From assembly GCA_965637545.1 (NCBI GenBank), contig OZ281497.1, positions 19,282,001-19,346,000 of the forward strand: a DNA stretch of 64,000 bases, in the 5' to 3' direction. The translations under genes were made by a program, and so were the position numbers. The notes under the pieces were generated by a model. That model was not told where the DNA came from. It saw only the letters and a list, made by a program, of their open reading frames with translations, and ran no database searches. Every line of letters starts with the position of its first letter. Positions within the stretch are counted from its first letter, which is position 1. The DNA comes from Phallusia mammillata (taxonomy: Eukaryota). Positions 40,401 to 52,400 of this stretch are shown in pieces.

Positions 40401-43400
40401 CGCGACGAACGGGTTTCCACATTTCCGCTTTCGGTTTTGATCGAATTTCCTGTGTGAAAAATGTTTCTACTTTAACCATCGGACCTTTAGCAAACCAATG
40501 ACGAGCGTATATGGATTCCATTACATATAAGGAGTTTGGAACCGTTTGTTACATGTACATTTAGAACCACGGTTCAATAAAAGAAATGCGGTTTTTAGAC
40601 CAGGATGCTCCATACGCTGTTTGCTTTTTGGGTATGTCTTCGAATACTAAATGGGTTGGTGACTTTGCGGGTACTGATCTATTTCAAGAAATAGTTTGTA
40701 TGTTACGTACGTCGCGACGAGACATGTCTGGGTTCATTGGCAAGTTAACGGCAATTTATAACTCAACTCCGGTTCAACATAAAAGTATTTGACGTATCAG
40801 CCTGACGTATGACGTACGTAGAGCAATACTTTGCACACTTTACCGGATATCAGGTCGCAACATGACGTTACGCATCTTAATGCGGGATGCAAAACGCAGC
40901 ACGTGATCCTTCGTTTCCTTTGGTGGAGAATAAGACAAGTAAGATTTTATTTGGGTTGGTCCCGAGTACGTCACTTCACTGGTCAACTTCAATACCATTT
41001 CAATCGCTTATTGGCGCAGTACGTCACTCTACATACGTAAGTTACGTTCGCACCGTATCTTTTACAAAATGAGTTATGCGTACAACGGAAGCAACTAAAA
41101 AGGCGACGATAGTAATAAAATACGTATTAGTGTCCCAGTGGAAACAGCGTGAATATAGAAGCACGTCATGTAACTGAAGTCGCACGAATATGCCAAGTAG
41201 TTGCGAAATTTCGCTCACGTGATTTATAATGCGCTCTGGATGGGACGTTGCATCACATGCGGAAAACGGACATTGTGACGTCACAATTGGCGCTAATTCG
41301 AATGACGCAAGTGTGAGATTACAATGGAAAGTTAGTGCGATTGCCAAATTTAGACCAAAGCCCGATTTAGACTAATCGGACATTATAGAATCACTGGATT
41401 AAAAAACTGTTTGTATCCGGACATATTTAACTAAAGTAGCTTTATTACAACTGTTGGCGTTAATATAATACATGTTGATCACTCAAGTCGCTGCTCTTGC
41501 TTGTAAAGTCCATGGCGTAAATACAACACCTTATAAAAAACTACAGCTGCGCTTAGTGTTGACATGTTGGCAATATTTACACAAAGAAGAGCTTACACAA
41601 AATGATGAAAAATGTCGGTCCAATTTTACTCAAACATTTTTCTACTGTTTCATTGATGGACATCACACCTTGGTTATATCAACAAGGTTGACAAACATGC
41701 AAGGTTTTTGTTTTATTTTAAATACTGTTTGAAAAAAATGCTAGCAGGTAGTAATTAGTTGGTTTATGAACTGACCTTTTAAACCGCTGAATCATAAGGC
41801 GTCTCGACAAACCTTTAAAAACAGTTTTGTAATCTGTAGGTTTTCGTTATTTTTCGTTATAATTCGTGTAGTTGTTAATCGACCAATCCTGCCTCACCCA
41901 CACCACAAATGTGAGTTTCTTCCTAATGTTGCCGCTTAATGAATTTCCACCTATGTTTTAAACAGCAAATGTGAACAACGTTACGTGAAGTGTTGCCTCC
42001 CTTGAGCGTGTAACACTGACGTCACGCGAGATGCCAAAACTGATAAGATTTGCCACGACCTTTTTAACTTGTTTCTAATATTTGGAATTCAACTTTACGA
42101 CCTTTTCCATCGCCTACTTTTACATTTGGCCTACATTGTTTACAACAAGACGATTCAATGTTAGCGAAGTTCAAAAGTTTCAACGTATTTAATCAAGTAA
42201 AATGCGGTGACTTGAACTTTTTGTCAGATTTGTTAAACCATTGCGCTGTTTGACCATAAGCCATCGTGAAAAATTGCAGCTTAAATGTAATAAGCTGCAG
42301 AAAGTTTAGCTCTTTTAAAGATTACTTTTACTTTACGCTGCTGTGGCAGTATGAAAAACAGCTTTACTCTTATTAAATGGCTTATCTAAGATCAATACTG
42401 TTGTCAACATCCCGGAAGAGATGTTGTCTGTTCGCGTAAGGATCGTTCTGGGTCAAGAAATGATCGAAGTGATGTGAATAGATTATATCATAAATTTGCC
42501 CAGTTGCCTCATATATAGTCATTATTCAACCTTAGACGTGACAAAAGGTGTTCTTAATGACGGCCGATAACCTTCGACGTATCGGCGCGAATGAATGTGA
42601 AACTGCTTTGTGCGTTCGTTTCTAGGCAACCTGGAACACAGTGCTATCCCTATCAATCTTTTGTTATCGCAAACTGCGTCAAATGCGCGGTGGTTACAGA
42701 ATTCGCTCACAGGAAATTATCTGTGCTTGTCAAGTGTAAATGTACTCTTGTGCAAAACTGAGGTCCCTCATCCCACTGAACCCTACAAAACAAATCTTAA
42801 CTACGTCATGTATGCTTTTACTTACTGTGACGTGCACGTTGACCTAAAACAACAACAAGGTTCGTGCCAATCGGAAGTTATAATGACGTAATATTTTTCA
42901 AAGAGATCGTGACAAAATTTTTTCTCGGGTTGCATGTATTTTAGACGTGTGCACTGTAGGCTTACCTTAGGAGTTAAGTGTTTGTACATAAAGACTGTTT
43001 GCACTTGGGTCAATAAAATTTCGGCACAATAGAGTTTGTTGGCACCGCACGCAGTCATGGCAAGACAAACAACTTTTACATCGATCTCGTCGCTAGGATA
43101 ACGTAATAGATCAAATACAATTTCCTTTATAATGCAAACTTAAGTATTGCCGAACGCTCGCAAATTACACTTGAACAAACGTCTCCTCTTCTCAATTTTT
43201 CTGCTATTTTGACCATCATGATCTTATATATTTATAGCGTTGTAGTTTTTATCTTTCACAAAACAACAGCTTGCAAAACAAAATGTGTTTGTACAAGTTT
43301 ATTCCAAGTACTTATAAAAAGAAACGCAAGATGTCGTACCACGCAAATAGAGCTTAAACATTTTTACGATGTCAGTAAAAAAGCAATCTCCAAACTATTT

Positions 43401-46400
43401 GGTTCCAACGTAGCGTATAGCCACCACAGAGTTGCAAGCTGGCATTCTAAAAGTCAGAATTAGGACAAAAAATTGGTAAAATTGCGGCGCAGATGATGCC
43501 GAGTGCAAAATCAGGTCCTAATCATTTTTTTAAAAACTTAAGCTAGAACCCGACCTGAAAACCCGGCTCGATTTACAGCTTTGAGCCACCAACCCCACTT
43601 TTGTTTCTCATACGGGATTTCGCAAACAAAACGAAGATACAAAATTTGCGCAACGACTGCATTACAAGCTAGCAAAACCGGTAAAAAGGATGCGGAAAAT
43701 AATATCGATGCGCCGGTTTTTCGTCTTTAGCACTTTGACAAGTATTTACAAAACTATTAGTGTTCGTTCAAGGCGATTCGACGATATCCAGGTCTTCTGG
43801 AGTCATGTTTTTGTTGTGTGCGTTGTACCATCCGCATCTGCCAGTCTTTAGCCGAATACAAGCAAATTGACTCGATTTTCCGGACATGACTGTGTAGATG
43901 TTGCGCCACAGGCAATGGCGAGGGCTGGCGATCTACACAAAATGAAAACTTTAATTTTCATACAACAGCAAAGTCTGAATTTCGATCCACTTTAGCACTT
44001 CAAGAGACCGGATGGCTCAAGATTGAAAAAAAATCCACCTTCTTTTATCGATAAAAAGAAACAACACTTATTTACCCAAGTAAAAAAAAAACTATAGCCT
44101 TGTTTTTTTATTTTGTTTTCGTTGTTTGTTCTATAAGCATAGGTGTAATATCATCATACATTAGTTCGGTTCAAATCCACTGAGAATCGTTACTTTCACG
44201 GTAAAAACAAATAAGCAGCCTTACCTGTGATGTACAGTCTCCACTTCTGCAAACGGAAACTGTGCAGTTTCCACATCCCCTTTTGAATCGATGTTTCATG
44301 TTTCCCACCAAGTTGCGCGCCTGTTCTCTCCCCAACATGCCCAGGTCGATCTTGTAATCGCAGTAGTTAATATGAAGTCGCGAATCTCTGACTTTGCCTG
44401 CAAAACAACACTTATGTTGGTCACTGAAGTTTCATACAAGCAAAATGAATTTAATCACATTTTTATCTCGGGTTCAGATGGAAATGATAATATTTGTTCA
44501 CTTTTCTCGTACAATAAATTACTGGGAGTTTTTACATCCACTTACCAAGGAGAAGGTAGCGCGTCCTCAGGTTCAGATCCATTCGGCACATGGGACTGCT
44601 TGGTGGAGTAAAAACGTACGCGGTTCCGTTTGTAATATCTCCTTTGAGAACCTGTGAATGAAACACGCTACATCATTTCCCCATGCCAAGTTAAAAAATG
44701 CAAATAAAGCTCGCAACGTCCGCGAATGTCAAGAACACTGTTTCTCAACCTTTTTCAGTCCAGTTTTGCCTTTGAGCGAAAAAACAACCATGAGCGAAAA
44801 ATGTGAAGTAATAAAATCTTTGTAAGAGTAAAAAAAACGCAGATCCATGTATAGCAGCGGTTCCCAAACTGGGGTCCGCGGTCCTTTAGGGGTCCGTGAG
44901 GCAATTTTGAGGGGACCGCGAGGCGATTGAAGTAATTCTTATAATCTTATTTGGCGTCAGTTTGTGCCACTAAATAAGTTTAAATCAAAGTAGAATTGAG
45001 AATCGACTGTCTCCATTGCTAAACAATGGCCTTTATTGAATGACAACTATAATAAATGCAATTGTTTGCGCACAATCGTAATGTTTTGTCCTGTTTGTGA
45101 TGTCACATGCTGTCTTTGGATGATTATTATGCGCAACTTTGCACAACTGGCTAAAATCCTGCAATCAACTTTTGTTTTTATGAAATACACATTTAGGCTT
45201 AAGGACCGCGAGCCCTCGAAATAATGGCAAGGGGACCGTTTAGAAAAAAATAGTAAAAAGTTTGGGAACCACTGATGTATAGTGTTTTAAAGTGAAAAAA
45301 CAGTCAAATATTTGACATGTTCAAAGACGAACAAAAAAAGATCAAAATCATGCTTGCTTATACCCGTGTAACTTGAACAGTGTATCGTGTCATTCTAACT
45401 CCTTTTCCCGTTGCACCACTTGGAATGTGACTTCCTGCAAAAACAAAAGAACAACTTTTGAAATGTGCTTTTAATGCACCGCAATGAGACTACGCAGAAG
45501 TATACACGTGCCTTGTATTTGCCCTATAATTGTAAAAAATACCTATTTTTAAATTCCAACTCAACTAATCTAGCAGTTATTAAATTGTAGATATATTTTA
45601 CCTGGAGTTCTGTCTCCCGGAAAAACAACCCCTCTTTTGTATCGCTCGTTGGCGACTTTGCTGGACCGAGGGTAGGCTGGTGGTCCGTTGTCGTCACTTC
45701 GAAGTGCAAATGCTCTTCCCGTGCCCTGCCATCAATATTATCTGTTAACTACTAAACTAGTGTGGGTTCAAATTACGTTTCACCGTACAATTTATCTAAA
45801 AAACGAAACTACCCCAAATTTTGACCAAACTTATATACCCGACTGAGGTTTTACAAGGTAACACAAACTGTGTATGTTGAGGTTGGGTCTTTACTTACTT
45901 CAAATCGCTCGTTTCGTCCCGGCATCGCCCCCTCTGGGCCTCTGTAGGTAGCGATGTATGCTGGGGGTCGGTAGGCAGCGGCTACTTCGGTTTCTCTCAA
46001 TGATGGACGAACCAAAGTCGCTACTTCGCCTTTGTCCTCCACTTTGAGATCTACCAATGCTTCACTATGTGCCTTTGACGACGTTGTGATCGAGTGTCCT
46101 AAAATCTCATTACCAGTTCCGGGCTCTTCCGCTTCTGGCTCCAAGGCCTCGGGTGGAGACACATCCACCGGTTCGCCATTGAGATCCTCCACCTCCGAGG
46201 AAGCAGCGTCAGGACCTCCACCATTTACTGTAAGGATCTCGTCCAAAAGCAAACCATTATCTGGTTCCTCCGGCAAAGGTTGACTTTCCACAGCTACACC
46301 GTCTATAACAGGTGCAGGGCGAGTTTCATCCCCTTCCCCCTCCTCTGTTACAACTTCCGGTTCATCTTTTTCTATCTCTGGTGACTCAACATCGCCCTCC

Positions 46401-49400
46401 CGTGGTTGTTCTTTTTCCTTCTTATTCTCATCGGGAATGACTTCGATTGATCCGTCACCATGAACGTAAACGTCTTCTTTTTCTCGAATATAGGCTTTTA
46501 TAGCTGTGAAACAATAATTTAGTTGGCGTTGCTGTTTAAAACACACTTAAATGTTACACTGTGGTATATTTAAGGTCATTGTCTGAGCAGTAGTTGCTTC
46601 AATTATTCTTTGGGAAACCTAATGGTCCACATTTACGTGAAATGTTAAATAGGGTCCCACAGGAATGATAACCTTTCATGCTCTGTGATGAAAAACTCCA
46701 TAATAACTGATTTAAACCATGAACTATTCGTTTCCGAGTCTTGACAAAGCTTGACGAACAATGTCTAGCCTACTTACCGAAACCGGCTTTGCAGAAAAGC
46801 ACTTGTGGATGTTCAGGCATACAAGAGCACGCTTCACTCGTAACTGCAACCGTCAGCAAGATGGCAAGTAAAATTCCAAATTTCATTTTGTCGTAGTTTT
46901 TTGTTCTGTCTACCATAAACATTAACTTACTAAACCTGTTGAGGCAAGTAAAAAGTCTTAATAATTTTGCAAAGGGAGGTCCTTTCACATCCAATTATCC
47001 TAACCAACTGCTAAAAGTGTCTTTACTTTACTCGTGAAACCGTCACTGTCACTGTAGATTATTCCTTAAGTGTACAACAATTGACGCACAAAAATTCCCA
47101 TTTCCTGGCAAAGACCTACGTCACGATCTATTGTTTCAATGATCTTCCGTCTATTTGACACAGATACAGCCTCTTAACCAACTTCAAACGGTATCAGGTA
47201 GATTTTAAACGGTTGAACGAAGCCAATGCTGCCGTAACGACTCACATGCGAAGAAGTGAAGTATAACAACGAGCAAGAAATGTGTGCAACGCTCGAGCCT
47301 TTAGCAACACATACATCATTACAATGCGTCGTAACAGCATACTATAACGACCTTGCTGACATTTTGCCAACTGACCCGTTATGTCCTACTAACGTTTGCA
47401 TGTAAATATATGTATGTCAACATGGATACTGCCTTAGCAGTGCAATATACGGTATTGACAAACTTGTGTCTGTAAACCAACCTTAAGTACACAAGACAAA
47501 GACTAAATTAATAACTAAATCACCGAGCTTAATTAATAACTAATTCGTCGAACTCAATTAATAATGTAACCGCCGGTAAACTAGCATAAAACGCATTCAT
47601 CTCATTTCCCTTGCCATACCAACGCTGCACATTATGCTACTTTGACATCATTTTCGACGAACCAACTTTCATAAAGTTTAATGTCCACTTTGCGGACGTA
47701 AGTTTTACACAAAACTTTGTTTTTGGCAGCCGATAGCCACTCTGCTCAGCCTCAAAAGGCTGATGCCAAGTTTACGCCAACTTCAGCTTATAAATATCCC
47801 TATTTCCTTCCATACATTTTATACGTTCCCTAGGCGCAACGATTCTTCGCCATAAAAGAAGGAAGGTATTACGTGCGCCACTTAGCATGTGATGCGCATT
47901 CAATCTCTTGCTACCCAAGTGCTGGCTTCCTCCTAGCCTCAGTGAATGCCACCAACTCACGGGTTACGTCTCCATTTAAACGCTGAGCGTGGCCGACTGC
48001 GTCTTCTGGCTGTTCTGTCGCAGGAGAATATGTGCAACTTTCTATTGCTGTTTCACTGCCGCGTAAGTGACGCATCAGCTTGTTGCGCACCTATTGAGAA
48101 AGTCTCTTTGAGCGGTGGATAATATTTACAACAACCTTTTACGGCTCTAGCAGCAACTGGGTAATGTCAATGACATGTCGTGGGCAACATAGTATCACAT
48201 TGATTTCTCCTATAAATGAGATGAATTTTTTGGCGGAATTATGAACAGGCAATAAACCTCATGGCGAATTTTTGTGATGTTTACGGATATGCAGACCTCG
48301 TATTTTTACACTGCCAAGATTTGACCCCCATGTCTAAAATTTAATGTTTTCCAGACTTTGCTTGTCTGATCCGCCCATGTTGTCTGGCAAAATCGCCTTA
48401 CGGTTGCTAGGATTTCAGGAGTCGGAAAAGTACAAAGGCGTTTTCTGCACGCGGTCTTGTCAAGCTGAATAGGAATGGTGTTGATAAACAAGTTATTCCC
48501 GTGGCCCAGTTCCCCCTCCTCAGCATTATACTACAGTTGTATATAGACTGAGGCATTGTTGATATTTCACGAATATCCAGTGCAAGCGGAATTACAGTGT
48601 CTTACGTCATGCATATAGTTGCATGCTGAATTACGTATAAAACATGGGAATGAATTCAGCGTCCTAAATAACAGAATTGAGAATTTATTTCATGTCATCG
48701 CGTATCTAATACAAAATCGCCCACCGTCACGTGATAAAAGCGTTGGCATCAGCATGAAAAACCAAGAACGGTTTTCTTTCTTGCTGTAGCGAATGTCGAA
48801 TATTTGCTATTGATTGAAACATGTGAAGGTTTTAAAGATCTTTTATGTGTTACAATTTCAACCTTAACGTGTTAAACACAACTGTATCCCCGCTAGACGT
48901 GTTTGGGAGTGTATTTCAAGTTGTGTTTCCGACAAGCATGTAGTTTTTTTTATTGAGAAACGCCGTTTGCGTCTTGAAAACAGTGTTTTAGTGAATTACA
49001 CTGATCAATACGTATCCATTTCATATCCATTTGCTTATAACAGCCTTGGGGTGGCCGACTTTGTAACTTGGTGACGCACGTCTTAGCAATGACCTTGGCA
49101 ACAAAATATGTTTTATTGCTTACTATGACATAAATTTGCATCAGTCGTCTTGATCATCGATGATGGTAAATGCGACACTATTGTATTTAACATTTTAGAC
49201 GTTGGCGAAATGTTTGCAACATGATGTGCTTTTGTAGTCGCTATAGTAGACACAAAGTGTATAATTATCTTATACAGGCTTATAAGCTTTTATACTATGT
49301 GACTGTTTTGAAGGGACACGGCCTATGAAACTAACGGAGACTCATTAACCAATAACTATTACTAATGCCACTTAAAGTGAAACTTGCATATCTTCCAGAT

Positions 49401-52400
49401 CAACATGATTTATCAGATCAAAATTTGCGCCCAATAAAACGAGCTATACTTTAAATTAATTTAAAATATATTAGTCACAAAGTCGTATACCTCTAATATA
49501 TGTTTTTCAGCTTACTTCTTCCCATTTCCCGATCGTTCTGAAGATCGGGCATGCTCACCGCGGGATGGCCAAGTTCAAAGTCGAAAACCATTACCAGTTT
49601 CAGGACGTGGTGAGCGTCGCAGCTCTCACTAACGCCTACGTGGTGGCTGAGAAGTTTATTGACGCAAAATATGACATCCGTGTACAGAAGATAGGCGGCA
49701 ACTACAAAGCTTACATGTAAGTGGGATCTGTCGATCTTGTGTGTTAGAATTACACACCATCTGGCTTGGTATGTCAACGAGCTTGTTGCTGCAGTTTTGC
49801 GGGTTTGGCTTCATTTCGATATACACGACAAGGCGTTGTAACAGACGTTTTGCGGCTTGATTAGTAAATTTAGTGCTGTGTGCATGACTTTTTGTTGCAC
49901 CTGTTTTGGCCTTGGGATGAAGCATTAATCTTTTCCTTGGGAATTAGAATACTATAAATCGACAAACAATTTATAGTGTTGTCAATGTGTTGTAAAGTAT
50001 ATTGCATATTATACGACGTTTTGTCTAAATTTTAAAAATCGAATAAAGACAGAGTTGTTGTAGCCGAATTTCCGATGTCATAGATGTAGCTTATTGTTAT
50101 CAAATCTTCGACAGAAACGACGTACATTTTCTTCCAAATTACTAAGAAATTTAGGAACACTATACACGGACCTGAAGAGTAATTTAATCAAAAACATAAC
50201 TACTAGACACAATTTGGCAATTATGTTTTTAATTAAACTAAGAAATGTAATTTAAAATTTCTGTACACCAATGTCAAGTTGAATAACTGGGTAATTTGAG
50301 CAACGCAATAATAAGAAAGGTAATGCTGATATCAGGGGATAAATCCAAACAAAGTTGCGGTTATTAAAAAATGTTTGTGCACCAATTTTTTAGGTTGATA
50401 CCATTCAACATGATAATTTGCGTTTTCCTAAGTCTTATATGTTTAGCAGTTACCAGATATGGCGCAATTTGACACCAAACATCAATTGTCATACCATTCC
50501 CGTGGGTGACCGTTAATTGAGTTCTTCCACGCATGCCCAGTATTTAAATTTCTCTCGCACTAAAGGTACAGCACGTGTCAACTTTTAAATGTCATTATTT
50601 GCATCATTGTTTTTCTCCATAGCCTGTGCTCTCGAAAAATTGTTACAAATGTGTTTTGTAAAGATTCAGTCGATTATCGTAAAATTGCATTGAAATGACG
50701 GGACGTTTTGCTATTCGATTCCAATATCTGTCAAAAACGACATTTGTTTGCACGATTTATTGCATATACGCCCTCTGGCCTGGATGCCACATGTAACTAC
50801 TTCTTCGATCGTTGCTGTATTGACATTCTGTCACGTTCGTAATTTTAAAATGCTGTATTTACAATTGCAGTCGTTGGGTAATCTAATAACTGTCAACGGT
50901 TTGTCTGCATTTTATTTCAAAAACATTGCAGGGTGTTTATATTAGACAAACAGTTTGTTGTAAAAATGCGACATAAATAACCCCTTTATATCAATAAGTA
51001 CTAGAGAGTAAAATCCACATTCTAAATTTTATCCATTAACAAAACAAGGAAAATATTTGCCGAAACGTTTGAACAATAAACACTGATGATGGCATGAGCA
51101 TTTGCCGAAACGTTTGAACAATAAAGCATGTCGCTTTTTATGTCTATTTGGGCCGTAATTTTCACCATTAAACTTATGAACAGATCCGTATATAGTGTTC
51201 CAAAGGAAATATATTTTACAATTAACGGTGATTTCGCCCAATTCTTAACAGATTTACCCAAAGAGTCAAATTATAACGAACGTTTGATGATAAGGTCACT
51301 ATGGTGTATAAAACAGTACTGCTTTGAAAACATTACACTTAAAGTTTTGCACAATTTTCAATCCCACCTCGTTTTCTAAGCAGTAGAAAGCAAAACTAAT
51401 TAAACCGAATAATTTGCAAACAATAAAGAATTTGCCATCGTTTATTGGTTGACATTGTCCTACACAAACAATTCCTGTAAATGCGGCCAAGAAGACAGGT
51501 TTGCTTAAAAACAAAACACCAAAAATTTGAATATGCTTTTCAGTCGCACTTCGATTTCTAAGAATTGGAAAGCAAACACTGGTTCAGCGATGTTGGAGGA
51601 AATAGCTGTGACAGAACGACACAAGTTGTGGGTGGATGCCTGCAGCGAAATGTTTGGAGGTCTGGACATCGTCACTGTTAACGCCGTTCACGGAAATGAT
51701 GGGAAGGATTACATTATTGAGGTTGGGCTTGACGTGTTTGTGAGATGAAAAACACTGTTGCTTTTTCTCGAGTTTTACCTAAACTTACAAATTTTAATTG
51801 TTGCTTATTGATAAATGAGTTCTTATGCTGACCGATAGACGAAACAAATGCAGAAAAAATACTGGGAACTCTTTCACTATTATTTAAATAAAAGTGGTTC
51901 TAAACCTGGCAAGAATCCCATCCCAGCGAAAAATTCTTACAAATTCTGAGCAAGAATTGCACTTTTGCATTTGCGTGTTGTTTATACAACAAGATAATTT
52001 TGGCAGCATGGCATTCGAAGTTGTGTGGAGTCCATCTTAAATATTTTTGTTCTGTTTAGCTTTATATATTTTGTTTGTGTTATATCAGCATGAAATCAAA
52101 TTTTCAAATGACAAACAAAGCAATACAGCTATCATGAAAAAATGTCTTACTCGTTTCAAATCTGATTGAAAAAAATGTTTTAGATAAGGCAAAAAGGGCG
52201 TGCAATAAAAAAATTTTAAAAAATGTTATTCCTATATCTAATGGGATGCAATAAAAACATATCAATAGTTTGTTATTCTGTTCTATCCGACTTTCGTCAT
52301 TTTTGCGCCGCGACAAATGTTCGACTTCAACTGTATTCCGACTTCCTTTTACCGCGTAACCTGTACCGTGTTTACACCTTCGTCACCAAGCCACCGAATC

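Noticed and set aside
39642-40521. Minus-strand ORFs between the TIMPs, as a possible third TIMP (AWIYTRP resembles FIYT)
   Set aside because: No C-X-C start, no cysteine spacing and no consistent exon chain.
44735-44760. TTTTCTCAACCTTTTT resembling one end of the 28738-30078 element
   Set aside because: No partner TIR or TSD found; at most a fragment.
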